Of a DNA stretch of 64,000 bases, positions 11,845 through 25,102 are shown one piece after another. The stretch is taken from NCBI GenBank assembly GCA_002633005.1, contig NMRA01000002.1, positions 197,467 to 261,466 on the forward strand, read 5' to 3'. The translations under genes were made by a program, and so were the position numbers. The stretch comes from Phoronis australis. Lineage: Eukaryota; Animalia; Phoronida. The notes below the pieces were generated by a model. That model made no database searches. It was not told the DNA's origin and worked only from the letters and a program-made list of their open reading frames with translations. How positions within the stretch are numbered: position 1 is the stretch's first letter; each line of letters begins with the position of its first letter.

Positions 11845-14800
11845 ACAGCAATCACATCCTTTTAAAACAATGCAAGTGCTGCCATCTCCTTGATAAGAAC
11901 TAATCAACCGAATTTTGTGAACATCCATCATGCAGATATAAAAGCAAATGATCAGAAAATCTCAATTGCCACTAGAGGACACCACAGTACCTCCATCTCT
12001 ACAAAGATCAATGCCAGGCATGCTCATCTCAATAGGAACACATCTGAGAAATTTCATAATGATCGTTTAAGTCGATTTCCTGGATAGATGGGTGGACATC
12101 AAAAACAGTTGCAAAAATAATAAAAATGGTCATTGGGAAGTGTGCAGATTAAATAGATCTTTACACGATCAAATTAAATAGTTCTACTTTCTGAAGAAAC
12201 AACACAAATAGCACTATGCAAGTGCTTCCACTGTAACACAACACAAAGTTTACTTCTGACTGGTCATGTTTGTAAACTTTCCAGAAAAATAGCGACATGA
12301 AACTTAAAATTGCCGAGTTTGGTAGCTTGACTAGAGAACACTGGCACAGTACTGACACTGACACCTTTTGGCTGTTTACAGAACTAACCAAAATCAATTC
12401 TTACGAATTTCTCTATCACATGCAGAAAGTTACATTAACTCACAGAAAATTAATAATTGGTGGCGAAATTTACACAAAATCCAAGAAAATAGTTATTTTT
12501 GCAGTGATTCATTGAATCTGGCTAAATTCTAATTTGCACAATCTAAGATACATGTTGTCCAGTTTGAGTGATTGAACATTTTAATAACAAGTATTTACTC
12601 ACCATTGGACCTTGTGCCTCATTTTAGAAGTGTAGGCAATATTGGTCGTCCTAAATTCAAGAATTATCATCAACTACAAACGATCATTCATCTCCATATT
12701 ACACATTTAGAGACACATGAATATAACGTTTCAGTGAATATTTTATACCATTTTCAAATTCTGTTGATACAAAACTCAACTCTGTACCAAATATTTGAAA
12801 AATATAATGAATGCCACAATCACCCATGTCCCAATTTTTAGACTCGAAGAAAATTCAGTTTTGGTCTGTCAAACTTTAGGAACTTTCCCAAACTGGAGAA
12901 TGCATATATACCGTATATTTAGTATTATGATGACGATGATCATCATCGTCATCATAACGCAATTTCATCATGATAGATTGCCCCGAGTCTTTGTTCCATG
13001 GATGATGTGATTTCACACCCACCCACACAAAGTTCAGTGGCATTACCATATTGCCGCGCCATTAGGCCCATGGATGTCAATGCAGAATTTCCATATAAGC
13101 CACGAACCTCAAGTCTAGGCAGTATGGTAATACTAGAAAACTATTTACCAAATTTCTTGAAAATATGCCAAGGAAATCCAAAGATACAGAGGCAAATGTA
13201 AAAAAATTGCCATTAGATTAAGCACAGCGGTAGTCAGAATGAGTGCGGCTATTTGCGAAGATATGTATGAGCCTATGCAAGAGACATTACCTTATGGCTT
13301 GAATGCAAAACTCAGGCGCATGTGCCAAAATGCTAAGCCCTAGGCTAAAAAATGCCAGGGAAAACTCATTATTTTAGACATAGGCCTATGTGCCTAAAGG
13401 TGCAGTAATATGGTAAGAAAATGAAAGTCGCTTAATGACTCAAGATGTTCATTTTCACTTTTTTGCTCCTTTTAATTGGACTGAAAATGAACGGCCAGAT
13501 TTGTTGCTCCTTGTCTTAACGCCATCAACTTAATGTGTTTGGGTGTGAAATTACGTCAACCACCAAACAATGACAATCAGCAGTGATAATGGATGAAAGA
13601 GTGTGCACCACAGTCCACTGGAAATGCTGTTTGTACGGATATTTTATACTCTTTTGAAATTTACCCATGTATTTTGAACAGCCATATCATAAATTGGCAC
13701 TGTAAAGTCGGACGTTTTTACCTCACTAAAATCACAGTTTAAATTTAAGATCATAACATTTATGAAAATGCTGAACTGTTATGCATGTTGTCTGCCTACA
13801 GTACTTAAATTAGGAACTCAAAAATCAGAAGGTAAAGCCGAGGATGGTTGTTAAACAAAAAAATTTAAATTTAAAATGAGTGTTAATGCACACGAGCACT
13901 GTACTTTTTTCAGCAACTTTTTAAGTAAACCTAATTCAAAGAATATTTACTCACTCAAAAATGACGACTTTGCAAAAAATCTGATCCCGCATCCTCTTTA
14001 TGGCGTGTTTCATTAATTGTTTATTTTTATTATCAGGATGTGCGAAACTAATGACAACTACATTCAACATCAGCCCAAATGTTTGCCACCCACTATTTAG
14101 GCCTACAGTAAGTTTTACTGTAGCCACTGCAGAGCTGCAAGCTGAGAGATTAAGGAAAAACAGACAGACGAGCAGTTCTGAGGTGATCGCATTCTGTAAA
14201 ACCTAAGCCACTGCAAGTGCTGATATTTTGGCAGCCCCAATTTTGGCACAGGCAAACTGTACCCTAGTAATCAACTAAGCTTACATATGGAGACTAATTC
14301 CATAATAGAATATGCACCATTAGGCTAACTGTCATGCAGGCTTTTACAACCATGATGTCACAACATGAATAGGCCTACTCACTATTGTCGTCTATGGCCA
14401 TAGCCACAAGCACTAACACAAATACTTAATTTAGGCCTCCTAGTCTATGCCCTCACACTACACTCCTGTACATGCACATCTCACCATTGCACTTTTAATT
14501 TCGTATAGTACAGATGTATGGTGAGGGTGCAGTGCAATGTTCACAAAGTACACAATGACTAACACTAGACAGTGATCACCGTCTCCCCCCCCCCCCCCNT
14601 CCCCCCCCCCCCCCAGTAAAATTCTCCTAGATCCGGCAGTTCGGGGGCGCGAACATCTTACGAACGAAATCCTGGCTAATACTCTGACGTGGCTCCCCCT
14701 AACTCAAAATCCTGGATCCGCCCATGGGTAAGTTGTTCCAGGAGACTGTTAGGGGTAGGCCTACTAATGAGGGATACACAGCTACATGTGCCAGTGGCAA

Positions 14801-14849
14801 TGCCGATGGACTGGTGGACAATTATAGAATTTGGAAAGTTCATAAGTAC

Positions 14850-15002
14850 CTGGTTCCACCAAGTTAGGAACTTCCACCTTCCCATAAATGTTGTAACATA
14901 ATCTAACGACGGGTTCCCCTCCGCAACGAAAACTCTGTAGTAAACGCCGTAGAGATTCACGGATAAGAAAATAACGTAAATAATTTCTCCTGAGTTGACC
15001 AT
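14850..15002 (-). CDS. AIG1/ADTRP family first coding exon, variant C (51 aa)
   Basis: MVNSGEIIYVIFLSVNLYGVYYRVFVAEGNPSLDYVTTFMGRWKFLTWWNQ. TFMGRWKFLTWWN matches the family motif; phase-0 donor CAG|GTACTT at 14849. Confidence 0.85.
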
Positions 15003-15394
15003 TTTGTATATTATGCGCCACCTTCCGGTGTTTTATAAAGTTATATAGGACCTTGTCGCCAAGTATCTGTATTCATGCAGCTAATTACCTAAAAACTAAA
15101 GATTTTACCTCAGAAAAGTGTACCTTTTTGAGAAAGTCTTTGAAAATTAATTTTTTACTTTATTACAATATGACTTAAGTTGGGTCACGTGACCGTCACG
15201 TGCTTTAGTAAAACTAGTAGCAAAAAGAAAGGTACATGGCGGCATAGCAAAACACTTAGTGAACGGGGTATTAGTAACGTGGCCAAATTTCGTTTGACAG
15301 AGATGTTCAAGATGAAATCCCGAAACGCTGTTACAGTTTGCTAGATTGTACAAAGCCACACATAGAATCACAACTAATTACCTTACTACTAAAT

Positions 15395-15838
15395 TCGAGA
15401 CAGTCAGATTCTCACAATCACAGTACTAGCCAGCGAGTGTTTCTGGCTGCCTGATACCAGTTAAACCTGTGGCAAAAAGAACTTTTGCCTACAGAGGTGC
15501 TGTCGCTTACAACGGGCTGAGGATTGCCGTAGTGAACACGCCCATTGTCCACGCCTTCAAACAGAATTACTGGGACTTTGTGCGTTGTTCGTTACAGTAG
15601 GTCTCAGATCATCACTATTTTACTTCGCTATTTTATCTTATTTATTCATCAAATTGTACATATTAACTAATTTTATACTAATTTATTTTATTTATTATCT
15701 TTTCAATCTAATTGTACATAGCTGCCTGCCTGTATTTTACTTCATGTAATTATTTCAGACTGGGTTCACTTGAAAATCAGTGTATTCACTGAAGTGGTCA
15801 CCCAGTCTTTTAAAGAAGTTTAAATAAATAAATAAATT
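15395..15838 (+). mobile_element. 5'-truncated CR1/L2-clade LINE 3' end
   Basis: Reads ..GKRTFAYRGAVAYNGL...HAFK (CR1/L2 ORF2 C-terminal motif), then an AT-rich 3'UTR, a stem-loop-like gggttcacttgaaaatcag..ctgaagtggtcaccc and an (AAAT)n tail. Confidence 0.7.
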
Positions 15839-18800
15839 GTCTTTTCCTTTCGTTTTCGTTTACGCAACTTTTTCCATTTTTATTTACAATCACAAAAGCT
15901 TTTTGATAGCCCCTCTGCGGTTTAAAAATGGCCACTGACGGTGTTTTGAAGAACAGTATCAGAAACTTTCATATAAATCTGATCAGCTAGTTCTGAGATA
16001 TGATGTTCCGCAGCTAGTCAGGTTTTGACATTTTTCAGTCTAAGCTTCTATATACTCTTTAAACAGCATCAACTAAATGGCGGGACCCTAGAAAAATGGT
16101 CATTGCGGATTTTCTATAGAGTAGGAATGTGCAGCCAATTCGCGGCTTGGGCCGGCACTTTGGACCCCTCAGTATTATCTCGGGTGGGTACTTTTAGTCT
16201 TGGTCTAGATTTATACGTCTCCGCGGCACACGCCACTGATTTTTCGGTGAGAACCCCCCCCCCCCCCCCCACCGANATGATATCTCACTGCTTATCAAAT
16301 ACAAAATGAAACTTTCAGTTTCTTCTGTTGTACACTGTTCTCCAAAAATAAGACTCGTAATTGTTTTCAAAATGTTTCATGGCATAGTGGACTGTCGAAA
16401 ATTGACATTTTAAGTTGATATAAAAACTTATATCGCCCCAGGAAATTTCTATGAAAGACATGGTTACGTAACCCCATTGTTTGCAGATCGTGATCTGAAG
16501 ACAAAAATCAAATTCCTCGGTTTCCGACTTCCAAAGACAGAGTCCGCTTTACGCATATTTTCACTGATTAAGTTTCAAACTATATATTTTTTTAGAAATT
16601 TGGCAAAATATAAAGATTAATTTATTTGTTGATAAGTCCCAACGCTCAGTAAAAGTTGTTTCTTTTCTGGACACCGCGGGGCGGGCAGTGGCGTAGCATG
16701 AAGTGGACCAAGTTAGCAGAGGGCCGGAGAACAGCTGCCCTCGGGCGCCAGGAAGACCGAAGGTTTTATTTAGTGTTGAGGACGAATAAAAATTCACAAG
16801 ATGTGAGAGAACCCCACGACTCAGTGATATTAGTTTCGTCCCTTCCCTTCAGTTGTCATCGTCACCAGTCTTGCCTTCAGCACCCGGCTCTTGGTTTGAT
16901 GTCCCAGTTTTACACCCACCCGACGCCACTTTAATTTCACTAAACTGAAATTTAGATCTACCACTTGACTGTCTGCAATCAGTAATAGCAAACATTCCCT
17001 TACAAAAACATTCCGTTTGGTTTTAAACTCCTCAACAGACCACAGCGGTTTCAATCGAGTCCAATCCACTGACAGCACTATGATCCAAAAACGTTGCCGA
17101 GCTTTTCAGTTGGTCGCAGGTGAATTATCTACCAGGGTTCAAACAGATACTAAAAACCATTCATCAATGAGAACCAGAAAACCGAAACATAACACCTATT
17201 TTCGATAATTTTCATCGTATTTGTTCGGGCAAAATGGTCCTATCTTAACTTTATATGAGTAATTCAATTGGACCTTAGATTATTAAATCCCTGACGATCG
17301 ACGTGCTACTAGTGTGCTGGTTGTCTTTAGTGAGGAGGGCTTGCCTCCCAAGCTAATGTCTCGACAAAAGACAAACGAGTCAAGCTACTGGTCGTAAGGG
17401 GGTTCGACACAGTTTTAATTTATCGTTGAGTTTTTTACTTGTCATATTTTGTAGTTTGGTCTTGGCCTCAGTACAACAACTTTGCAAAAAATGAGGGTCA
17501 CGTAATTACTTTTCCTGTAGCCGCCCAAGCAGTCCTCTCTTAAGCTGCAAAAATGTGAAATTAACATGAGTTATTGAAAACCCACATGCAGTTAAACTAA
17601 TCATTAAAATCGTTTTAAAAAATATTTTCGTTGCATTATGTCAGTTTTATGCTAAACAGCTTTAACAATATTTACATGTTTACTGATGCTCAAGTAAATG
17701 TTGTATTTCAAGTATCTCAATTTTTCCGATTGGGCATCTACACAAAAAGTTACATCGTCGCCTTCTTTCTTATAGGCTTCTTTTTGATGCTCAACGTATT
17801 TTCTATGAAATAAGGAAATTATGGGTCACTGTTATGGCTTTTTAGCTATCTTAGCTCAAACATCGTCTTACATGAATGCCCAATGCGACCTTCTCAACCT
17901 GAAGCGCCGACACCCATTGAATTTCAAGTTCATAATTACTCGTTGCAGTTTTCTAGATGGCAATTAATGTTATTTTGTTGGGATTGCGAAATAAGCTTAG
18001 TTGATGTGAGTAATCTAGTACAAGAAGTTTCTTCTTTAATAAATTCAAAATTGCAGTTTGAATTACGACCTGCCTGAAGTATACATTTTGATTTTCCTAT
18101 TTTTGTTTAATATGGCTTTATCGCGCTTTTATTCATCAAAATAACAATAAGTTAGCCCAAAATCAAATATAGTGCTTTTCAAATGCTTTATAAGTTATCA
18201 ATATCGTAACGCATCTCAGTGCTGTCGCGTTTATGGCCTTTTGTGTCAAACCCGTTATCTTATTGAAAACATTCCAGTGCGAAAACCTATGAACCTATTC
18301 ATCCAACTTTTGGTCTACTGTTTCACATTTGCTGTCGTAGTTGCCATAAAAATAACTTCTCCACCTCCCTTCGGCAAATTTTCGACTTGCAAGAAAATTT
18401 TCAACAGGATCATTTTGACCAATGGTCGGAAATTTCTACACGTACCGTGAAAAGCGATCCGAGGTCATTTCAAACGTTGAAAAACGAACCTTGCAGTCAT
18501 TTTTCTTTGGGGTGAAAACCCATTGCTACACTGACTGATTTCAGTTAGTAGGCCAACGTTACGCCCCTCGCTCCACGTCCAGCCAGTACCTTGCCGCTTT
18601 ATGCACGGGACCTATCATTCTTGTATTATCGAAGGAGTGTCGATTTCATGTTGCCCTAATCCGACAAAAGATTGTCCGACTTTAATCAGCGAGATCGGCA
18701 TCCCTCGGTGGCCTTAGAATCGTTTTCACACTGTGACTTGGCAAAAAATGGGTTACTTCGAATATCGGCGCATGGTCCTAGATGATTTTTGCAGATTTGA

Positions 18801-19426
18801 AATAACTCATTAAAGGAAGTATTAGTACGTCCGAAAAAACGCCTGTCACTTTGTTGTACGGGGTAGGCTTTTTGCATCGATTTTATTATAAATCGCCAAT
18901 TTGCCGACCAGAGATCCTCTGAAATCCAGGCCGGTCACTTTCAACCACTAAATTCGCTTACTTTGCCATTCATCGACCGGGATTTAGCTCAGCCAGCAGA
19001 ACTTTTAATCGCCATCTTGAGGGCTCTACGTTACGTTGGCTCCCGAGACGATAATGTCACTCAAATTGTGGTGTTTCGGTGAATCTTTTGATTTGGATGA
19101 AGGAAAAGAGGAAAATTTATATCACCCCTCTGTTCACAATAGATATATATCACTCCCTATAGCTACGGAGGAAATTTGGCAATTGTGGCTGCAGGGGTTA
19201 TTTAGTTGACTGGGTAAATCGAACCCTTCCCCCTTCACTAATTTTACTCGCCGGACTGTAAAAACACAATTTTCTAACTTACAAAAATGACCGAACAAAC
19301 TCAACAATATTTTACGAACAATCTATTTGCCATCACCGACACCAATAAACGTGCACAACGCAAGCAGTCTCAAAATTGAGCGTGCGAAAATATCCGAGGT
19401 ATTCCGGATGCCTCCGTGGCACCACG

Positions 19427-19781
19427 CACGTGACGTCACGCGACGCTCGAGAATTCACCTCAATGACTTTTTACAGGGAAATCCGTTAGTAAAACGTCGC
19501 AATGAATGTAGGTCTATATTTTATATCAGTTACTTGAATTTTACTGTAAGTGTTTGGACTTATTTAGCAACTTAATAGTATTGTTTAGCTTGTATTACCA
19601 TAACCAGTACCAACCTCAAATTGTTGCTCATGATTTTGTTTGAAAAAATATTGCGGTCGCCAAAGCTGCGCATGAATATTCAGCTGGGATATCCGCATAC
19701 TGGGTATCGCGGGGCATCCATGACGTCATCAGGTTGGCTTGTTCTGGCGAAGAAATTCCCAAAGTTTGTTGAGAAAACCCC
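19427..19781 (+). promoter_or_regulatory. Probable schnurri promoter region with CRE, E-box and kB-like motifs
   Basis: CpG-rich; TGACGTCA at 19431 and 19721, CACGTG at 19427, GGGAAATCC at 19476, GGGATATCC at 19686, AGAAATTCCC at 19751; 160-500 bp upstream of the start ATG. Confidence 0.4.
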
Positions 19782-19937
19782 TCAATTTCTAGCGTAAATT
19801 CGGAGGAACAAGGATTGAATCCTGTACCAAGCTGCAGCATGATAAACGTAGCAAATGACAGCAACGTTCTAGTGTGTTAACTTGACAAGAAATTGCTACA
19901 ATTGAGGAAAACGTAGACTGTCAGAAGTCAAGAAACG

Positions 19938-19974
19938 ATGCCACGTCGGAAAGCAAATCAACAAGAGTCGATAT
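19938..19974 (+). CDS. shn: Schnurri/HIVEP coding exon 1 (MPRRKANQQESI)
   Basis: MPRxK start like HIVEP1; perfect GTAAGT donor; phase 1 joins in frame to the acceptor at 24056. Confidence 0.75.
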
Positions 19975-21604
19975 GTAAGTTTTCAGGAAATAATTGGTTG
20001 ATTTTTACTTCATAATGCGTGAAGTGTCGTTATGTTTGTCTACGTAACAACGTCCCTAAGATTTATACACTATTTTCATTCTTTCGTCTCTGCGTTTGAT
20101 ATTCATTCGTTCACCAATTGGGAAACACCTTCGTTCGGGTTACCCGATCTACTTTCTTACAATCTTGCATAAATTATTTGTTTTTGGTTGCACACCAAAT
20201 TCTGTTGTGTCGGGAAGCCTGTGTTATTAGTAAAAGCATATTCTGGTATAATTTAGTCTTCTGCTGGGCATGCCAGAGTTACTGTTGGGTACTAGAATCT
20301 TTTCATAAGAATTTTGTGGGTATTTCCCAACCGCGTTGAACATGAGGCGACGATCTACTTTCGAGGCCATCATGGCGAGACGACGGGAACGACCTACTTT
20401 CATTAAGGAGTTACTGGCGATATGCGAATCTAATAAAAACGAATTAATGTATGACACAGTCAATTACGATACCGATTTTGAACAAAACTTACTGAAGTGA
20501 CTGATACGTTCACTTGTCGCCCGCTATTAAACCTTATGCACTATGCCGGCTAACTGCCAATGCAGAGAAACAAACAAACGAAACGTTCCAGGAAACTACA
20601 CGAGTTGATGAGTTAATAGCCAACAAGGCGTTCTGCTGGTTGGAACGAACAAGCAAATTTTGGAACTTATTGAATAATGCACCTTGTGTTAAATTTAAAT
20701 AAAATATGAAAAATGGACATGCCTCAAGCAATTCTTGTGAATTCTTGGAAAACTCGTAAAGTGTTTGAAGGGATGGGCCGGGCTATCAAGAATCAAAACT
20801 GAAAATTGCAATTCACAAAAATTATTGTTGACAAAATTTGCAGTTTTTGAGATATCATTTTCCAGTGCATGCAGCCCAGCACACAATTAATTAAAAACAG
20901 ATTATTGAAAGACTTATACACCAACGTCTATTTCCACTTCAATTGAGTGGACAACTGCTAATAATTTTTCGAAAATAGTTATCATCTTGTTATTGGCTAA
21001 TATTTGTATGCTAATTGAAAAATTAATGGTGTTTTTTGTTTTGGTGTTTTTGCGTAAACAATTAAAATCATTGAGCTCTGCTTTTAAAATTATATTTTTG
21101 GCATGTACGAGCCTGAAAATTGCTTGCTGAATTGTATAAATTATTTATAAGCCTAGGCCTCAAAGTGTATCATTGGCTTTTCCGACATTCATTATTCATT
21201 ACTGATCCATTATTCGTGCAGCGTCTATATTGATTTTAGCTTGTTACATTGTGTACAAGTATTTGTATTGCGGTATTGCCATCCTACTTTTTTGAGGTTT
21301 TTCACCTTTATTTTGCCTTTTTTGGACAATGTTAGGGTTCTTGCATCAAATAAGCTGTTCAGTTTTATGGAAATAAAGTTTTGTTCTTGCGTTATACCGC
21401 ATTGCAAGTATAGTGTTAGATCAATAGGGAACACTCTAAATACAACTCTTTATCATTCGTGAGAGCACATAAGGCCCTTTCATACCAACGTCAATGCACT
21501 GATGTTTTGGGGGATGGAGTTGCGATCAGTACGAACGGTTAACTTCAGTCCTCAATCGAAGTTAACAGCGTCAGTCAATTTCGAAGTAACTAGGTGCATG
21601 TAAC

Positions 21605-22009
21605 CATAGACTATAGTACATGGACTGCCAACTCTGTATACTTTCAATGGACGAAATCTGTGCTCTTCCACACAACGTTACGTCATTATTCACTAGCCAC
21701 ACCTGGCCAAATTATCTGGTATTATTTCCGGTAAGCACGTCGTCTGCTAATCTTGGTCGACTGTTGTGTGGTCAGGTGGTAGTAGCATTGCTAAATTTTC
21801 TCACTATACCAACAGTTCTACTATTTTAAGATTTCGAACAGCGTTTCAATCCCGAAATTATTATATTCTTTTCGTTGTACTGGACAGTAAAATTCCCCGT
21901 AACAATATACTAACCGGAAATGAACCAGATAATTTTGGAGAGTGGCGCCGCCTCTAGGATAGTACGAAAGAAAATGTCCGAGTTGCGAATCTGTTGTCTA
22001 TAATCTATG
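21605..22009. mobile_element. MITE with CATAGA ends, nested in an older repeat (shn intron 1)
   Basis: TIR catagactatag..caactc / gagttgc..ctataatctatg; flanked on both sides by atgtaac (7-bp target-site duplication). Confidence 0.65.
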
Positions 22010-23309
22010 ATGTAACAGTGGAGCGTCAACGCTGCGGTATCGTGTATGAACGGTTCTTTCGGTCTCTTCGAAGTTATCACCATGGGTCACTGCTGTTGCT
22101 AACAATTGAAGGGCAGTGTCGTCGCTAATAGGTCTCTTATATTGTGCTCGAATAATCTCCAATCAAATTAGAAGTAAATTTTATGTCAATTAGCACATGT
22201 AAATTGTCACATTAAAAAAATTTAGCAAGTGCGGGATGCATCAGCGCTACCTTGCGATTACTTCGATGACGACAGCCTCATCTAACGTTTACTTTGATGC
22301 TGTTAACTACTGAAACTGGTATGAACGATTCAGTTAACTTCAGTGTTTACATGGACTCCATTATTGGCTTGAATTATTTAAAGTTTGCTTTAGTTGTAGT
22401 CTTAGTACAATAAAGAAGTACCCCTGAAGCTTCCTCCAGCGTCATAAAGTATGTCAGTTGGAGCTCTCTTATACTGTTTGTAAATAAATCTAAAGCTCAA
22501 AACTTGAGGGGATTTGATTATTTGTGCTGATGCTATAAACACTGACAGATTTTAAGCCATTGAGGATGTTACAGCAATGGGGCCCAACCACTAGGTTTTA
22601 GGGAAAAATTTTGGTGCCACCCCTAAAAACAGCATGCTCACAAACATTTTTGGCTGTGTCCTGGTGGGAATCGGGCATCTTTGGCCCCCTAAATTGCCTT
22701 TTTAAAATTAAATTGGAAATTTTCTCAATATAACATTGGATGTTGATAATCTTTAAAATTAAAATAAAAATTTCATAGATGAGAACAGCTGATAAAAGTT
22801 TTCAATAATTGATATTTCATGATTTCACCAGTGTTGATTTAGTAGTCAGTCCTATTCTGTCATGGTTGTTATCAGTTGTGCTGTAGCCATGGTATATCCT
22901 GGTTGTTCTTATATTGATGAAGTCATATCTATTTTTAGCACTTTATGTACACAGATGTGTTATCTACTTTGCTATATATGTGTTTTGCAGCTCCCTCTGG
23001 TGAGTGTGATGGTACTAGGGGAAAGTCTAAGAAAGCCAAAACAGGTAATGCCTAATATTCAGGAAACTGCTACTCGCTTAAGAACAGCTGCAGTTAGATT
23101 TCTGAGATAATGTTGTTGCCCATTTCTGCATTGCAATCAATTGTCTACCCAGGGACTCTATAATAGGAGGGGTGGGTGAGGACATGCCGTTATGGACTGT
23201 AATTATTTTTACTGAAGTGCTGTTTTAGATTGATTACTAAATCAATTTTTGGCTTTGATAAAAATTGAGAGTGAATTCTACTTTGGATTTTCAATGTTAT
23301 TGAAAATAA

Positions 23310-23545
23310 GTAGGGATCTTTTCATGCAACGCCCCTCATTTAGGGACTAAGTCCCTATTTATTTTCATTGAATAAATGCTCAATTTTCAGTTATACTATT
23401 AGAAAAATTTATCAAAGGGGAGCTAATAATAAAGATAGACTGATAGAAAAATATTACATCTGTGAGTAAAGGACAACAGAAATATGCAAAAGATTTAGGG
23501 ATCTTAATTGAGTCCCTATTTGGGACTTTTTCGTGCAAACGGGCA
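23310..23545 (-). repeat. Partial copy of the MITE at 58156-58596
   Basis: Shares ttgagtccctatttgggact.tttc.tgcaa and taggga.cttttcatgcaa motifs. Confidence 0.6.
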
Positions 23546-24055
23546 CAGTTTCCCTGCAGTCCTGGAAACAACAACAGTGATGCTTTTCAAAATATTATAC
23601 TTTACACCATTCTCCTGATATTACTCATGTGATAGGAGGCTTTACTGTTAAGAATCGAGTTGCTTCCCAGTGTCTGACTCATGACAACCGTACTAGTAAC
23701 TGGGTTGTTTATATTCTTCCCTGTATTAAAAGTGTTTCGGGTAAAATCTCGCCAGTTTTCGAACAAAATTATCGGCAAAATTTCATGTTTTTTGTTTTTC
23801 AAGGTCCTCTAACTTTGTTGTGAATGCTCACATTTTTTCAAAATGTTTTCTGATCGTAGCTATAGTTCAGAACCATGGTAAAACATTAATTAGATGCAAC
23901 ATGTCTTTAATGAAAAAGTGAAAAAAGGAAGTTTCACTTGTCCACTATATTGTGTCTTGATTTGGTGAGAGTTTACTAAATGTTGCGTGCAAAATGTAAC
24001 ATTTTGTGTTCTTTTTGATGTCAAGATCTTCGAATTTGTACGTTTGCTTTTTCAG

Positions 24056-25066
24056 GTGGAAAAGGGGCCCGCAAGAGCCCGGTTCTGACTGCAAAGAATG
24101 TGCAAATTCCGACGGATAATGTCAGCAGTAATAAATCGCTGGACGCTCTTTTTCATATCACAGATCTGGAATTGCAGAACATCTCGAAGAACACTGCAAC
24201 CACTGATCTGTTGGCATCTCGGACACCAGCTTTAGAAGCTGTTGGCCCAATGCTCCATCAGGTTGTCCGACTTCCTGGCCAGGAGAAAGGGATTGAAAAA
24301 TACCAGCTGAAGTCAGACTCATTGGAAGAGCAAGGTTTAAAACTAGTATACACTAAACACACAATGTCCAACCAATACCAGTCAAATCCAGTCAGTTACG
24401 GCTCATATCGTCCGCGCGGATTCAAAGAGCAGAGTGGAGGAACTGCCTCCAATGTTTCTGCCAGTCCAACTGTCCCCATTTCAACCACCACCATTGGTGC
24501 TGCTATTTCTCCTCAGATTTTCCCAGAGATCACTGTTGGCAGGAAGCGAAAGCATCCACAGAAGCCCGGTCGCCATATTTGTCCATACTGCCAGCGTGGC
24601 TGTGCCAAGCCTAGTGTATTGCAAAAACACATCCGTGCTCACACTGGCGAGCGGCCATACCCTTGCGTACCTTGTGGCTTCTCTTTCAAGACAAAGAGTA
24701 ACTTATACAAACACTGCAAATCCAGAGCCCATGCTGTAAAGGTAGGACAATCACCCAATTTTGAAGATGCCGCCAAATTTGGAAACGATGAAATATCAGA
24801 CAGCGAGGATAACGGTAGTTCAACAGACACAGATGCTGAAGTAGACTCTTCTGCAATACCATTAAGTGCAACACCAGTGCCTCCTATTGACATTAAACCT
24901 ATTACCACCCTGAGTTCAAATAGTGTGGTGTACCATACTGAAAAGGAATACTATGATATTGTTCCTACTACCAATGAAGCTCCATCTGAAGTTCCGTTGT
25001 CTGTACAGCCAGAGCAGCAGCCACTCCGGCAGCAACAACAGAAGCAACACCAGCAGCAGCAGCAAT

Positions 25067-25102
<36 letters not shown>

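Noticed and set aside
8134-11851. Pairs of near-identical ORFs suggesting a duplicated gene
   Set aside because: No recognisable protein motifs, indels between copies ignore the frame, and they lie in repeat-rich duplicated sequence.
12161-12397. FFWKVYKHD resembling the AIG1 internal FWxxYxxDRE motif
   Set aside because: The following YP and W.NH residues are absent and no suitable in-phase splice sites were seen; treated as chance, but worth rechecking with an HMM because it bears on the variable-exon model.
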